Of a stretch of DNA of 64,000 bases, positions 20,097 through 31,258 are shown one piece after another. The position numbers were made by a program, and so were the translations under genes. Source of the stretch: an uncultured Alphaproteobacteria bacterium (GTDB taxonomy: Bacteria > Pseudomonadota > Alphaproteobacteria > CACIAM-22H2); assembly GCA_963748455.1 (NCBI GenBank), contig CAVVJD010000020.1:17097-81096 (forward strand), in the 5' to 3' direction. Below the pieces are notes generated by a model, which searched no databases, was not told where the DNA came from, and saw nothing but the letters and a program-made list of their open reading frames with translations. Numbering within the stretch: position 1 is the first letter of the stretch; every line of letters begins with the position of its first letter.

Positions 20097-21257
20097 TCAG
20101 CTGGCTCGCATCACCTCAAGCACCGCCTGCGCCGCGCGCGTACTGGGCGGTGTGCCGGGAATGCTGAGCGCCGCGCGGGCTTCGGCAAGGCCCTGGATCT
20201 GCGCCGCGCGTGCCGGTGTTGCGTCCAGCAGCGGCGCCAGGGCAGCGGCGATCACTTCGGGCGTGCATTTCTCCTGCAGCAGCTCGGGCGCCACTTCACG
20301 GCCGAGGATGAGGTTGGGCAGCGCCGCATAGGGCACCTTGACCAATCGCCGCACCAGGAACGCCGTCAGCGCACTCGCACGATACGTGACCACCATCGGC
20401 ACGCCCGCGACCGCGAGCTCGAGCGTCGCGGTGCCGGAGATCGTTAGTGCTGCGTCCGCCGCCGCGAGGCCGGCGCGCTTGTCCTGCGGCTCGCTGAGCA
20501 AGGTCGCCGGGACGTTCCAGCCTTGCACGGCGTCGCGGACCATCGCGGCCGTACCGGCCACCACCGGCAGCAGCAGATGCAGCGCAGGCCGATCGCGCCG
20601 CACCAAGGCGATGGCCTGCGCGTAGACCGGCAGCATACGCTCGGTCAATCCGCGCCGGCTGCCGGGCAGCACCGCCAGCACCGGCGCATCCGGCGCAATG
20701 TCATAGCGCTGCCGGAACGCCGCGCGGCTCTCGGCCGGCGGGCCGGCTTGTGTCGCCGGATGACCGACATAGGTGCAGGCGATACCGGCCTTTTCGAAGA
20801 ACGCCTTCTCGAACGGCAACAGCACCATCAGATGATCGATCGCGCGCGCAAAGCGCCGCACCCGCCACGGCCGCCACGCCCAGTATTGCGGTCCGACATA
20901 GTGCACGACCGGAATGCCGGCTTTCTTCGCGGCCTCGGCAATACGAATGCAGAAGGCCGGCGCGTCGATCGTCACCACCACCGCCGGCCGCTGTGCGCGG
21001 ATCGCGGCCTTGGTGCGGCGCAGCCGATCGAAAATCACCGGCACGCGCGGCACGATCTCCGTAATACCCATCACCGCGATGTCTTCGATGGGAAACAGGC
21101 TGGCAAGACCATCCGCCGCCATGCGCTCGCCGCCCACGCCGGCAATGCGGAGGCGGCCGCCGCTCGCCTGCTTCAGTGCACGGATCAGGTTGGCGCCGAG
21201 CACATCGCCGGAAGGTTCGCCCGCAACCAGAAAGACCAGCGGATCGGCGCCGCTCAT
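20097..21257 (-). CDS. lpxB: lipid-A-disaccharide synthase
   Basis: ORF 20097..21257. N-terminal LVFLVAGEPSGDVLGANLIRAL; position in the lpx cluster. Confidence 0.92.
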   Translation of the reverse strand: MSGADPLVFLVAGEPSGDVLGANLIRALKQASGGRLRIAGVGGERMAADGLASLFPIEDIAVMGITEIVPRVPVIFDRLRRTKAAIRAQRPAVVVTIDAPAFCIRIAEAAKKAGIPVVHYVGPQYWAWRPWRVRRFARAIDHLMVLLPFEKAFFEKAGIACTYVGHPATQAGPPAESRAAFRQRYDIAPDAPVLAVLPGSRRGLTERMLPVYAQAIALVRRDRPALHLLLPVVAGTAAMVRDAVQGWNVPATLLSEPQDKRAGLAAADAALTISGTATLELAVAGVPMVVTYRASALTAFLVRRLVKVPYAALPNLILGREVAPELLQEKCTPEVIAAALAPLLDATPARAAQIQGLAEARAALSIPGTPPSTRAAQAVLEVMRAS

Positions 21258-22078
21258 GGGGTCGGGTCGATTCCGACCACGAAGAGTCCCGCCGCATCCG
21301 CCGCGGCGACGAGCGCATCCCTGTCGACGATTAGCGTTCCGCCCGCCTCTGCAGCGATTCCGCGCAGGCCCGCTTGGGCCGCGCGCGCGATGGTTTCAAC
21401 GCCGATGGTCGGCAGATCCACCCGCCGCTCCTGCCCCGGCTTGGCGAGCTTGACCAAGACGCCGCCGGTACCGTCGCGCCGCAGGGCAGCACAGCGCGCC
21501 AGCAATTGATCCGTCCCCTCGATCGCCTCCACGCCCAGCACCACGCCGTTCTGCACGACCACCGCCTGGCCGACATCGAGGGCACCCAGCGCGCGCGCGA
21601 CAGCAACGCCGCGCGCGATATCCGCCTGCGCCATTTCGTCGGGCTGATGGCGGCCGCACGGCCCACGCGGCATGGCAAGACCGCCGAGAACGTCGTTGAC
21701 GCCGAGCACGCGAAATCCCTCGTGCTCGAGCTCGCGCACGATGCCCGCAAGCAGCCCGTCATCGCCGAAGAACGCGCGCGGTCCGATCTTCGCCAGCATC
21801 TTCAGGGCCGACATGTCGAGATTGAAATGATTGAGCGTGGGCCGCTTCACCGGCCCGGCGAAGACCAGTTCTTCGACGCCTTCCTTGCGCAGGGCCGCGA
21901 GGGAATCGCCGACCGCGCCCAGCTTGACCCAGGCATGCGGCACATCGCGCACCGTGGCCTGGTCCGTCTGACCGGAAAAGGCGATTACGAAGAAATCCCG
22001 CCCTGTCGCGCGGCATGCTGCGATGATCCTGGCCGGCAGCGTGCCGCCGCCCGCCACGATCCCGAGCTTAGGCGGCAT
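21254..22078 (-). CDS. lpxI: UDP-2,3-diacylglucosamine diphosphatase LpxI (DUF1009)
   Basis: ORF 21254..22078. LGIVAGGGTLPARII start; lies between lpxA and lpxB as in other alphaproteobacteria. Confidence 0.85.
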   Translation of the reverse strand: MPPKLGIVAGGGTLPARIIAACRATGRDFFVIAFSGQTDQATVRDVPHAWVKLGAVGDSLAALRKEGVEELVFAGPVKRPTLNHFNLDMSALKMLAKIGPRAFFGDDGLLAGIVRELEHEGFRVLGVNDVLGGLAMPRGPCGRHQPDEMAQADIARGVAVARALGALDVGQAVVVQNGVVLGVEAIEGTDQLLARCAALRRDGTGGVLVKLAKPGQERRVDLPTIGVETIARAAQAGLRGIAAEAGGTLIVDRDALVAAADAAGLFVVGIDPTP

Positions 22079-22868
22079 GATCCGCTTTTGGCTGGCAGAT
22101 GGCGCGGCTGGAATCGGCGCGGATGAATTCCACCAGATCCATCACCGGCTGGTTCTCGCCGTAGAGCTGCGCCACGTCTTCGATGCGCTCGGCCATCGTG
22201 CCTTCTTCGGCGAACAGCAAGCGATAGGCGGTGCGCAGATCGTGGATATCCTTGCGCGAGAAGCCGCGCCGCTTCAATCCCACCGTATTGAGGCCCGACA
22301 GACGCGCGCGATCGCCCTTGACCAATCCATAGGGGATCACGTCGTGCTCCACGCCCGACATGCCGCCGATCATGGCGTGCGGGCCGATGCGCACGAACTG
22401 GTGCACTGCGCACAACCCGCCCAGGATCGCGTGGTCGCCGACCTCAACATGGCCGCCCAGCGTGGCGTTGTTGGCCATGATCACGCCGTTGCCGAGCTTG
22501 CAGTCATGCGCCACATGCGCGCCGACCATAAACAGCCCGTTATTGCCCACACGCGTCACCATGCCGCCCCCGGCCGTGCCGGGGTTCATGGTCACCTGTT
22601 CGCGGATGACGTTCTTGGCGCCGATGATCAGCGCCGACGGCTCGCCCTTGTATTTGAGATCCTGCGGCGGATGGCCGAGCGAGGCGAACGGATAGATCTT
22701 GGTGCCGGCGCCGATACGCGTGCGCCCGGCGAGGACCACATGGGCCACAAGCTCGACCTGCTCGGCGATCTCGACCTCGGCACCGACGACGCAATAAGGG
22801 CCGATCCGCACGTCGTCGGCAAGCTTGGCGCCCGGCTCGACGATGGCGGTGGCGTGGATCGAACTCAT
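22068..22868 (-). CDS. lpxA: acyl-ACP--UDP-N-acetylglucosamine O-acyltransferase
   Basis: ORF 22068..22910 trimmed to [29 protein letters not shown]. Hexapeptide repeats. TGATG overlap with the fabZ stop. Confidence 0.92.
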   Translation of the reverse strand: MSSIHATAIVEPGAKLADDVRIGPYCVVGAEVEIAEQVELVAHVVLAGRTRIGAGTKIYPFASLGHPPQDLKYKGEPSALIIGAKNVIREQVTMNPGTAGGGMVTRVGNNGLFMVGAHVAHDCKLGNGVIMANNATLGGHVEVGDHAILGGLCAVHQFVRIGPHAMIGGMSGVEHDVIPYGLVKGDRARLSGLNTVGLKRRGFSRKDIHDLRTAYRLLFAEEGTMAERIEDVAQLYGENQPVMDLVEFIRADSSRAICQPKADHAA

Positions 22869-23335
22869 CAATTGTCCATGATCATGGCGGCATAGGTCGC
22901 CTCGGCGCACAGCGTGCCGTTGACCTTGGCTTCGGCATTGAAGCGCCAGACATTGCCGCGGCTGCGTTCCTTCACGACCTGGATGTACAACGTGTCGCCG
23001 GGCACGACCGGGCGGCGGAAGCGAGCACTGTCCACCGACATGAAATAGACGAGCTTGCCCTCAGCGCTGGGGCCCAACGTGTGCACGACAAGCACCGCCG
23101 CGGTCTGCGCCATCGCCTCGATGATCAGCACGCCCGGCATCACCGCCTTTGTCGGGAAATGACCGATGAAGTGCGGTTCGTTGACCGTCACGTTCTTGAT
23201 GCCGACGGCGGAGGAATCCGCGATCACGTCGACCACCCTGTCGATCATCAGAAACGGGTAGCGATGCGGGATCAGTCGCTTGATCCGCTCGATATCGATC
23301 GTCAGGCCGGACGTGGTTGCGCCCTTCGTATCCAT
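22868..23335 (-). CDS. fabZ: 3-hydroxyacyl-ACP dehydratase
   Basis: ORF 22868..23587 trimmed to [45 protein letters not shown] motifs. Confidence 0.93.
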   Translation of the reverse strand: MDTKGATTSGLTIDIERIKRLIPHRYPFLMIDRVVDVIADSSAVGIKNVTVNEPHFIGHFPTKAVMPGVLIIEAMAQTAAVLVVHTLGPSAEGKLVYFMSVDSARFRRPVVPGDTLYIQVVKERSRGNVWRFNAEAKVNGTLCAEATYAAMIMDN

Positions 23336-23337
23336 CC

Positions 23338-24357
23338 CTACTCGTCCTTCCGCTTCGCCAGCCGCTTGATCGTGGCAATCTCCCGTCGCCATTCGGAGAC
23401 GGGCACCGCCGGCGACCCTCCGACCGAGACGCCGTCCGGCACGTCCTTGTGCACGCCGCTCTGCGCGGCAACCCGGACGCCGGATCCTATCCGCAGATGG
23501 CCCGCGAACCCACTTTGCCCGCCCACCACCACAAAGTCGCCCAGACGGGTCGAGCCGGAAATCCCGACCAGGGAAACGATCACGCAACCCCGGCCCAATT
23601 GAACGTTGTGCCCGATCTGGACGAGGTTATCAATCATACAGCCCGGACCGATCACCGTGTCCCCGACCGCCCCCCGGTCGATACAGCTATTGGCGCCGAT
23701 CTCCACGTCGTCGCCGACCACCACCCGGCCGAGTTGCGGCACCTTCACATGGCCCTTCGGGTCGATCGCGAAACCGAACCCGTCCTGCCCGATGCGCACC
23801 CCAGGGTAGATCAGGACCCGGGCGCCGACCAGACAGTGGCTCAGCGAGGCATTGGCCCCAACCACCGTGTCATCGCCGATCACCACCCCCGGGCCGATCA
23901 CGGCATTGGGACCGATCCGGCAACGCGCTCCAATCTCCGCGCGCGGGCCGATGACGGCCCCGGCCGCCACCGCGCTGCCGGCACCAACCCGGGCGGTGGG
24001 ATCGACACTGGCGTGCGGGTCGGTGCCCGCCACGACATCCGGATCGGGGTGGAAGGCCCGCGCGACACCGGCATAGCCGTGATAGGGACGCTCGGTCAGC
24101 AGCAGCGCCATGCCGGCCGGGGCGCGATCCGCGAATTCCTCGCGCACCAAGCACGCGCCGGCCCGGCTGCTGGTGAAGGCGTCGATATAGCGGCGATTGT
24201 CGAGGAAGCTGACGTCGTCAGGCCCGGCCGTCTCAAGCGTGGCGACATCGCGAAGCGCCTTCCCCGGTTCGCCGCGCCCGATGCGTGCCTGCGCGATCTC
24301 AGCAAGACGGGCTAGCGTAAACGGCCCCGCCTGGGGAAAGAACCGCGCGTCGGCCAT
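23338..24357 (-). CDS. lpxD: UDP-3-O-(3-hydroxyacyl)glucosamine N-acyltransferase
   Basis: ORF 23338..24357. Long run of hexapeptide repeats; cluster position. Confidence 0.92.
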   Translation of the reverse strand: MADARFFPQAGPFTLARLAEIAQARIGRGEPGKALRDVATLETAGPDDVSFLDNRRYIDAFTSSRAGACLVREEFADRAPAGMALLLTERPYHGYAGVARAFHPDPDVVAGTDPHASVDPTARVGAGSAVAAGAVIGPRAEIGARCRIGPNAVIGPGVVIGDDTVVGANASLSHCLVGARVLIYPGVRIGQDGFGFAIDPKGHVKVPQLGRVVVGDDVEIGANSCIDRGAVGDTVIGPGCMIDNLVQIGHNVQLGRGCVIVSLVGISGSTRLGDFVVVGGQSGFAGHLRIGSGVRVAAQSGVHKDVPDGVSVGGSPAVPVSEWRREIATIKRLAKRKDE

Positions 24358-24365
24358 GGCACCGC

Positions 24366-25007
24366 TTAATTCTTCGGGATCGTGACCGGGACGGAGGTCA
24401 GCTTTCGGTTGAGCCGCTGCAGGACCTCCTGCGTGATGTCGAGCTGGGTCTGCACGATCACCACCTGGCTCTTCGGCAGCACGACTTGGTAGTTCTTGTC
24501 GCGCGCGATCTCGCTGATCACCTCGATCATGTTGCCCTCGACGCGCTGCATCGATTCCGTGAAGGCCTGATCCAGGGACCGGCGGCGGCCCTGCACGGCC
24601 TGCTGGGCATCGCCCACGCGCTTTTCCAGATCGCGGCGGCGTTGGGCGAAGGCCTCCGGCGCCAGGATGGCGCGCTGGCTGGCGAGCTGCTGGTCGGCCG
24701 CGCGCAACTCATTCTCCTGCTTGGCAATCTCGGCCTGGTAGGACGCGCGCTGCTTGTCGATCTGCTCGCGGATGGACTGGCTGGCCCTCGCTTCGCGCAA
24801 GACCAGCAGCACATCGCAGATCACGACCGAGGTCCCGCTGGGCGGCAGTTCCGTGGGTCCGGCGGGTGCGGCTTGCGGGGCAGCGGGACGCGGGGCGGGG
24901 GCCGGCCGCTGCTGCGGCTGTGGTTGCGGCTGCTGCGCCAGTGCGCCATGCGCGCCCAACAAGAAAACTGTCGCCGCAAAGGCGAGAATACGACGTGTCA
25001 TCAGCAA
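24366..25007 (-). CDS. OmpH/Skp-family periplasmic chaperone
   Basis: ORF 24366..25007. Signal peptide, Pro/Gln-rich spacer, coiled-coil-rich body. Lies between bamA and lpxD. Confidence 0.85.
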   Translation of the reverse strand: MLMTRRILAFAATVFLLGAHGALAQQPQPQPQQRPAPAPRPAAPQAAPAGPTELPPSGTSVVICDVLLVLREARASQSIREQIDKQRASYQAEIAKQENELRAADQQLASQRAILAPEAFAQRRRDLEKRVGDAQQAVQGRRRSLDQAFTESMQRVEGNMIEVISEIARDKNYQVVLPKSQVVIVQTQLDITQEVLQRLNRKLTSVPVTIPKN

Positions 25008-25018
25008 ATTATCCCAGG

Positions 25019-27304
25019 CTAGAAGCGTGAGCCGAAACTAAACCGGAAGAGTTCCGACTTGTCGAAATCTTCCTTCATCACGGGGTGAGCCAGGCTCAGC
25101 CGGACGGGCCCAAACGGTGAGCGCCATACTAATCCAACGCCCAAACTAACGCGAATACTGTTGATATCGGCGACTTCCGGCCCGGTGGAGTTGACATTCC
25201 ACAGCGTGCCGAAATCGGAGAAGACCTTGGCGCGCACGCCCAACTCCTTGGGCAGGCCCGACGGGAAGGTCAGCTCGGCCGAACCGATCGCGAAATCGTT
25301 GCCGCCCAGCGCATCACCCGTCGAGATATCGCGCGGTCCGATACCGGCGGACCGGAAGCCGCGCAGCGTCTCGCCGCCGATGAAGAACCGATGCTGGATG
25401 CGCACGTCATCGTCGTCGAGCCCCGCGATATGGCCGACTTCGCCGGTCATACCCGCCACCCATTCGTCACCCAGCGGATAGTAGTAGCCGGCACCGAAGC
25501 GCACCCGCCAGAACGACACGTCGCCGCCGGCACCGGCATAGTCGGTGGTGAGCTTCAGGAAATAGCCCTCCGAGGGGTCGAAGCGGTCGTCGCGCTGGTC
25601 GTAGAGAAGCTCCTGACCAATGATCGAGCTGACGGTCGTGCCTTCCTGTTCGCGAATAAATCGCGATGCATTGACGTCGACATCGCTAATTTCATCGCTG
25701 CGCAACGTGTAACGCAGCGTCTGACGCAACGGTTCCGTGATCTGGTAGCTGCCGCGTACCGTGAAGCCCAGGCTGTCCTGATCGTAGCTGCTCTCACGCT
25801 GGAAATCGCGCTGGATCTTGAAGGCGTCGAAGCCGGCCGCGATGTTCTTGTCGAGGAAATAGGGCTCGGTGAAGCTCAAATCGAGCTGCTGGCGGCGTTG
25901 CGAGCCGGTCAGGTTGAGGCGCAGATCCTGGCCGCGGCCCAGCAGATTGCGCTCGCGAATACCGACATCGGCGAGAGCGCCGTCGGCGGTCGAGAAGCCG
26001 ACGCCGAACGACAACTCGCCGGTCGAGCGCTCCTGCACCTCGACATTGATGATCGTGCGGTCGGGCGTGTCGCCCGGCACGTTGGTGATGTCGACCTTCT
26101 CGAAGAAGCCGAGATTGCGGATCCGTTGCCGCGTGCGGCGCAGCTTCGCGGTGTTGAAGGCGTCGCCCTCGGCCAGACGGAACTCGCGCCTGATCACCTT
26201 GTCGAGCGTGCGCACGTTGCCCACGATGTTGATGCGCTCGACATAGACGCGCGCGCCCTCCTGGATCTCATAGTTGACCGAGACCGTGCGCGCCTCGCGA
26301 TTGCGGTTGATGCGCGGACGCACTTCGACGAAGGCGTAGCCCAGCGTGCCGATCGCGTCGGTAATGGCGTTGATGGATGACTCGACCTTGTCGGCGTTGT
26401 ACCAGTCGCCCTTCTGCGTCGTGATCTTGCTGCGCATGTCATCGGCGTTGATGGCCTTGATCTGCGACACGAGGTCGATATCGCCGAAACGGTAGCGCTC
26501 GCCTTCCTCGATCGTGAACGTGATGTAGAACGCCTCGCGGTCCGGCGTCAGCTCGGCCACCGCCGACACCACGCGGAAATCGGCGTAGCCCTGCGCCAGG
26601 TAGAATTTGCGCAGCAATTCGCGGTCGAACGACAGACGATCAGGGTCATAAGTGTCGTCGCTGCTGAGAATGCGCCACCAGCGACTCTCGCGCGTCTGCA
26701 CCACTTCGCGCAAGCGCCCGTCGCTGAAGCGCTGGTTGCCCACGAAGTTGATGCGCCGCACCGTCGTCACATCGCCCTCGTTGATCTCGAACACCAGGTC
26801 GACGCGGTTCTGCGGCAACTGCACGATCTTGGGCTCGACGCTCGCGGCAAACCGCCCGCTGCGCCGGTAGAGATCGAGGATGCGTTTGACGTCGTTCTGC
26901 ACCTTCGATCGCGTGTAAACCACGCGCGGGCGCAGCTGCACTTCCTGGGTCAGCACCTCGTCGGTGAGCTTGCGGTTGCCCTCGAAGGCGATGCGGTTGA
27001 TGATCGGATTTTCGACCACCCGCACGACCAGTGTCCCACCTTCCTGGCGGATCGTCACATCGGCGAACAAGCCGGTCGCGAACAGCGCCTTGAGCGAGCG
27101 ATCCAGACGGTCAGGATCGGCGGCGTCGCCAGCCTTGATCAGCAAGTAGGAGCGCACCGTATCCGGGTCGATGCGCTGCGTGCCTTCGACGCGCACTTCC
27201 TGGACCGTCGGTCCACGCGACTGGGCAACTGCGGCGGCGCATAGCACCATCGACAGCAGCAGAGCGACACCGAGCCGCTGTGCGCCCCTCACCAAAAACC
27301 GCAA
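25019..27304 (-). CDS. bamA: outer-membrane protein assembly factor BamA
   Basis: ORF 25019..27304 (TTG start). POTRA repeats (VRVEGTQRIDPDTVRSYL...), C-terminal barrel ending FRFSFGSRF. Confidence 0.93.
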   Translation of the reverse strand: MRFLVRGAQRLGVALLLSMVLCAAAVAQSRGPTVQEVRVEGTQRIDPDTVRSYLLIKAGDAADPDRLDRSLKALFATGLFADVTIRQEGGTLVVRVVENPIINRIAFEGNRKLTDEVLTQEVQLRPRVVYTRSKVQNDVKRILDLYRRSGRFAASVEPKIVQLPQNRVDLVFEINEGDVTTVRRINFVGNQRFSDGRLREVVQTRESRWWRILSSDDTYDPDRLSFDRELLRKFYLAQGYADFRVVSAVAELTPDREAFYITFTIEEGERYRFGDIDLVSQIKAINADDMRSKITTQKGDWYNADKVESSINAITDAIGTLGYAFVEVRPRINRNREARTVSVNYEIQEGARVYVERINIVGNVRTLDKVIRREFRLAEGDAFNTAKLRRTRQRIRNLGFFEKVDITNVPGDTPDRTIINVEVQERSTGELSFGVGFSTADGALADVGIRERNLLGRGQDLRLNLTGSQRRQQLDLSFTEPYFLDKNIAAGFDAFKIQRDFQRESSYDQDSLGFTVRGSYQITEPLRQTLRYTLRSDEISDVDVNASRFIREQEGTTVSSIIGQELLYDQRDDRFDPSEGYFLKLTTDYAGAGGDVSFWRVRFGAGYYYPLGDEWVAGMTGEVGHIAGLDDDDVRIQHRFFIGGETLRGFRSAGIGPRDISTGDALGGNDFAIGSAELTFPSGLPKELGVRAKVFSDFGTLWNVNSTGPEVADINSIRVSLGVGLVWRSPFGPVRLSLAHPVMKEDFDKSELFRFSFGSRF

Positions 27305-27340
27305 CTTAGCCCCCCTGACGCGTGCACGACTTTAGATGAC

Positions 27341-28474
27341 CTACGACACCAATCCGACCAGGTACTGAACCACCCGCAGATGCACAAGGTCGTTCCAGGT
27401 CGCGAACACCATCAGGCTGAATACCAAAACGAGGCCGATGCGGAAACCATATTCCTGTGCCCGGGCACCCAAAGGCCGGCCGCGCAGGGCTTCGGCGCCG
27501 TAGAACAAAAGATGGCCGCCGTCCAGCATCGGCACCGGGAACAGATTGATGAGACCGAGATTGACCGAGAGAACAGCCATGAAAACCAGCAACGACGCGA
27601 TGCCGCCCTGTGCTACTTCACCCGACATCTGCGCGATGCGAATCGGCCCGCCGAGCTCTTCGGAATTGCGCTGGCCGGTGATGATCTGCCCGACCGCTTT
27701 CAGCGTGCCGGTTGTCTGATGATAGGTCTCGCCCAGGGCCCGCCAGATGGCGGTGCCGGGACCATGCCGCACGAACTCGACACCGCCGCCGCGAATCCCG
27801 AGTCGCGCCAAGCGCATCTTGTTGCCGAGCCGGTCCTGCTCCTCGACGATCGTCGGCTGCGCATTCAAGCGCAGGTCCTTCCCGTCCCGCTGCACCACCA
27901 GGGTGAGCGGGCTGTCGAGGTTCAACTGAATGATGCGCTGGATCTCCTCGAAGCGCTCGATCGGCTGGTCGTTGATGGCGACGATGCGATCGCCGGCCTT
28001 GAGGCCGGCCCGCTCCGCCGCACTGTTGGCCAGTACATCGCCAATCGCCGGCGGCGTGAAGGGTTGGCCGACGATCACGAACAGCCCGGCGAACACGACC
28101 AGCGCAAAGAGGAAGTTCGCGATCGGCCCGGCGGCGACGACGGCCGCGCGCTGCCCGAGCGTTTTGTGATGGAAGGAGACGGCTTTCTCCTCCTGCGTCA
28201 TTTCAGCGAGCTCGGCACCGGGCGTGCTGGCCGCATCGGCGTCGCCGAACATCTTGACGTAGCCCCCCAGCGGCACCGCGCTGAACTTCCAGCGTGTGCC
28301 GGCGCGATCCGTCCAGCCGAACAATTCCGGCCCGAAGCCGATGGAGAACACTTCCACGCGCACACCGCAGCGCCGCGCCACCCAGTAGTGGCCCAGCTCG
28401 TGGACGAAAACGAGCACCGTCAAAACGATCAGGAACGGCACCACGTAGGTCCACAGACCGCTCAAAAACTCCAT
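27341..28474 (-). CDS. rseP: RIP zinc metalloprotease RseP
   Basis: ORF 27341..28474. HELGHYWVAR zinc motif, PDZ region, NLFPVPMLDGGH. Confidence 0.92.
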   Translation of the reverse strand: MEFLSGLWTYVVPFLIVLTVLVFVHELGHYWVARRCGVRVEVFSIGFGPELFGWTDRAGTRWKFSAVPLGGYVKMFGDADAASTPGAELAEMTQEEKAVSFHHKTLGQRAAVVAAGPIANFLFALVVFAGLFVIVGQPFTPPAIGDVLANSAAERAGLKAGDRIVAINDQPIERFEEIQRIIQLNLDSPLTLVVQRDGKDLRLNAQPTIVEEQDRLGNKMRLARLGIRGGGVEFVRHGPGTAIWRALGETYHQTTGTLKAVGQIITGQRNSEELGGPIRIAQMSGEVAQGGIASLLVFMAVLSVNLGLINLFPVPMLDGGHLLFYGAEALRGRPLGARAQEYGFRIGLVLVFSLMVFATWNDLVHLRVVQYLVGLVS

Positions 28475-28510
28475 AACACCATCCTGGGGCTGGCCGGCCG
28501 CCCGGCCTTG

Positions 28511-29704
28511 TCACGCACGCGCCGTCATGGCGCGCACGACTGTCTCTGCCTTCCGCCGCGCCTCGCCATCGAGCGCGTGCACATCCGCAAGTGACGCCGG
28601 CGCCGTGGCCGGCACCAACGCCATGGTCTGTTCGACCGCGCGGGCAATCTCCAGGAACCCGATGCCCCCCGACAGGAACGCCTGGACCGCGACCTCGTTG
28701 GCCGCGTTAAGGATAGTAGGTGCTCCGCCCCCTCTCTGCAAGGCTTCCCGCGTCAACCGTAGAGCGGGAAACCGTTCCGAATCCGGTGCTTCGAAGGTCA
28801 ACTTACCGATCTGGACGAGGTCGAGTCGCGCCGCCGGCGTGGTCATGCGCCGCGGCCAGGCCAAAGCCACCGAGATGGGTGTACGCATGTCCGGCGAGCC
28901 GAGATGCGCCAGCACCGAGCCGTCAGCATACGCGACCATGGAATGGATGATCGACTGCGGGTGAACCACGATGTCGATCTGGTCCTCGCGCACCGGGAAC
29001 AGGTGGAAGGCCTCGATCAGCTCCAGCCCTTTGTTCATCAGCGTTGCCGAATCGACGGAGATCTTGGCACCCATCGACCAATTGGGATGCGCCACCGCCT
29101 GCGCCGGCGTCGCCGCCGCCATCGTCGCCATGTCGGCGTTGCGAAACGGCCCGCCGGAGGCCGTCAGGATGATCTTGTCGACCCGCTCAGCCTGCGCGAA
29201 ATCGAACACCTGGAAGATTGCGCTGTGCTCGGAATCGACCGGCAGCAGCGTCGCGCCGCGGCTTTTCACCTCGTTGATGAACAGCTCGCCCGCGCACACC
29301 AGGCATTCCTTGTTGGCCAACGCCACAATGGCGCCGCGCTGCACCGCCGCGAGCGTGGGCGCGAGCCCCGCCGCGCCGACGATCGCGGCCATGACCAGGT
29401 CGGACGGGCGGCTCGCCGCCTCTTCCACCGCCGCAGGCCCTGCCGCCGCGGCGATGCCGGTTCCCGCCAGCGCCTCCTTGAGCGCGTTGTAGCGCGCCGG
29501 ATCGGCAATCACCGCCGCGCGCGCCTTCAAATCACGCGCCTGCTGCGCCAGCTTGTCGACATTCGAATGCGCTGTGATCGCCTCGACCACGAAGCGCTCG
29601 GGCTCGCGCGCGATCAGGTCGATCGTGCTGCAGCCGACCGACCCGGTCGATCCGAGAATGCTGACCCGCCGCGGCGCGTCCTGCGTCAGGGGTGTCACTG
29701 CCAT
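28511..29704 (-). CDS. dxr: 1-deoxy-D-xylulose-5-phosphate reductoisomerase
   Basis: ORF 28511..29731 trimmed to MAVTPLTQDAPRRVSILGSTGSVG. LPVDSEHSAIFQ, HPNWSMG motifs. Confidence 0.92.
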   Translation of the reverse strand: MAVTPLTQDAPRRVSILGSTGSVGCSTIDLIAREPERFVVEAITAHSNVDKLAQQARDLKARAAVIADPARYNALKEALAGTGIAAAAGPAAVEEAASRPSDLVMAAIVGAAGLAPTLAAVQRGAIVALANKECLVCAGELFINEVKSRGATLLPVDSEHSAIFQVFDFAQAERVDKIILTASGGPFRNADMATMAAATPAQAVAHPNWSMGAKISVDSATLMNKGLELIEAFHLFPVREDQIDIVVHPQSIIHSMVAYADGSVLAHLGSPDMRTPISVALAWPRRMTTPAARLDLVQIGKLTFEAPDSERFPALRLTREALQRGGGAPTILNAANEVAVQAFLSGGIGFLEIARAVEQTMALVPATAPASLADVHALDGEARRKAETVVRAMTARA

Positions 29705-30519
29705 GCCAGCACGCCTCCTCCGCTCAGCCATTGCCCCAGGGCCAGCACCGACGCCGCCGCCAGAAGTCCATCGACCCGATCCATCAGGCCGCCGTGACCG
29801 GGGATGAGATGGCTTAAATCCTTGGCGTCGAAGCGCCGTTTGACCGCCGATTCAAGGAAGTCGCCCGCCTGGGCGACCACCGCCAGAATAGCCCCTGCCA
29901 GCGCCAGGCGCATCGGCTCCGGCGCGCCGGCGTAGATTTCCGCGAATACGACGCCGACCAGGGCGGCACTCGCCATGCCCCCGAACAGGCCGGCCCAAGT
30001 CTTCTTCGGACTGATACGCGGTGCCAGTTTCGGGCCACCGATCAGTCGTCCGGCGAAATAGGCGCCGATATCGGTCGCCCATACCGCCAGTAGCAGCCAC
30101 AACAGGGCCATGAACCCCGCCTGGCTATCGCCGCGCACCCAGACCAGCGCCACCGCCGGCAGCCCCGCATAGAGGGCCCCGGCCGCCAGCCACAGCGCCG
30201 CCCGGCCCCGCCCGGTCGCCCAGGCCGCCGCGTAGGCGACCGGCGCGCTGACCAGCGCCACGATCACGCCAGCCGATGGACCCGAAACCAGCGCCAGCGA
30301 CGCGGCCAGAGCCGCACCGCCCGCCACGGCCAGGCCGGCGAGTTCGAAATGCCCGTCATCGCACAGCCGCGACCATTCCCAACCCAGGATCGCCGCGGCG
30401 AGGATGACGAGGATGGCAAACCCGCGCGGACCCGCGGCCAGTGCCGCGAAGACGATGGCCGCCATCACCAAAGCCGAGATGACGCGCAGACGAAGACCGC
30501 TGGTCGGGCGCTCAGCCAC
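29695..30519 (-). CDS. cdsA: phosphatidate cytidylyltransferase
   Basis: ORF 29695..30627. Start set to the GTG at 30519 that overlaps the uppS stop (GTGGCTGA). C-terminal SAVKRRFDAKDLSHLIPGHGGLMDRVD signature. Confidence 0.85.
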   Translation of the reverse strand: MAERPTSGLRLRVISALVMAAIVFAALAAGPRGFAILVILAAAILGWEWSRLCDDGHFELAGLAVAGGAALAASLALVSGPSAGVIVALVSAPVAYAAAWATGRGRAALWLAAGALYAGLPAVALVWVRGDSQAGFMALLWLLLAVWATDIGAYFAGRLIGGPKLAPRISPKKTWAGLFGGMASAALVGVVFAEIYAGAPEPMRLALAGAILAVVAQAGDFLESAVKRRFDAKDLSHLIPGHGGLMDRVDGLLAAASVLALGQWLSGGGVLAWQ

Positions 30520-31258
30520 CCGTGGTGCCGTAGCGCCGTTCGCGGCGCTGGAACTCGGCAATCGCATCTTCGAGCTCGCGTTTGGTGAAATCGGGCCACA
30601 ACGTGTCGAGGAAGACCAGCTCCGCATACGCGGATTGCCACAGCAGGAAATTGCTCAGCCGCTGTTCGCCGCTGGTGCGGATGACCAGATCGGGATCGGG
30701 AATGCCGTCCGTCCAGAGATTGGCGGTGACCATCGTCTCGTCGATCTGGTCGGGATCGAGCCTGCCGTCCTTGGCCGCTTTCGCCAGCTGGCGCGCCGAA
30801 TGCGCGATATCGGCACGCCCGCCATAGCTCAGCGCCACCACCAGGGTCAGCTTGGCGTTGAGCCGCGTCATTTCCTCGCCGTTTTCAATCAGGCGGATGA
30901 TGTCGGGTGCGAGACGCGCGCGATCGCCGATCACGCGCAGTCGTACGCCGTTGCGGTGCAACTCGGCGATTTCACCGCGCAGATAGTGGCGCAGCAGCCC
31001 CATCAGGTCGCTGACTTCCTGCTCCGGCCGCTTCCAGTTTTCCGAGGAGAAGCCGAACAGCGTCAGGTAGCGCACGCCCAGCTCGGCCGCCGCCTTCACC
31101 GCGCGCCGCACCGCCTCCGCCCCGCCGCGATGGCCGGCGATGCGCGGCAGGCCGCGCGCTTTCGCCCAGCGGCCATTGCCGTCCATGACCACCGCGACAT
31201 GCACCGGCGGCGGCGAAGCGGCGCCAGGCGCCGCGATGGGGTCGCTGCGCTCAGACAT
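30512..31258 (-). CDS. uppS: di-trans,poly-cis-undecaprenyl-diphosphate synthase
   Basis: ORF 30512..31258. [42 protein letters not shown] motifs. Confidence 0.93.
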   Translation of the reverse strand: MSERSDPIAAPGAASPPPVHVAVVMDGNGRWAKARGLPRIAGHRGGAEAVRRAVKAAAELGVRYLTLFGFSSENWKRPEQEVSDLMGLLRHYLRGEIAELHRNGVRLRVIGDRARLAPDIIRLIENGEEMTRLNAKLTLVVALSYGGRADIAHSARQLAKAAKDGRLDPDQIDETMVTANLWTDGIPDPDLVIRTSGEQRLSNFLLWQSAYAELVFLDTLWPDFTKRELEDAIAEFQRRERRYGTTGG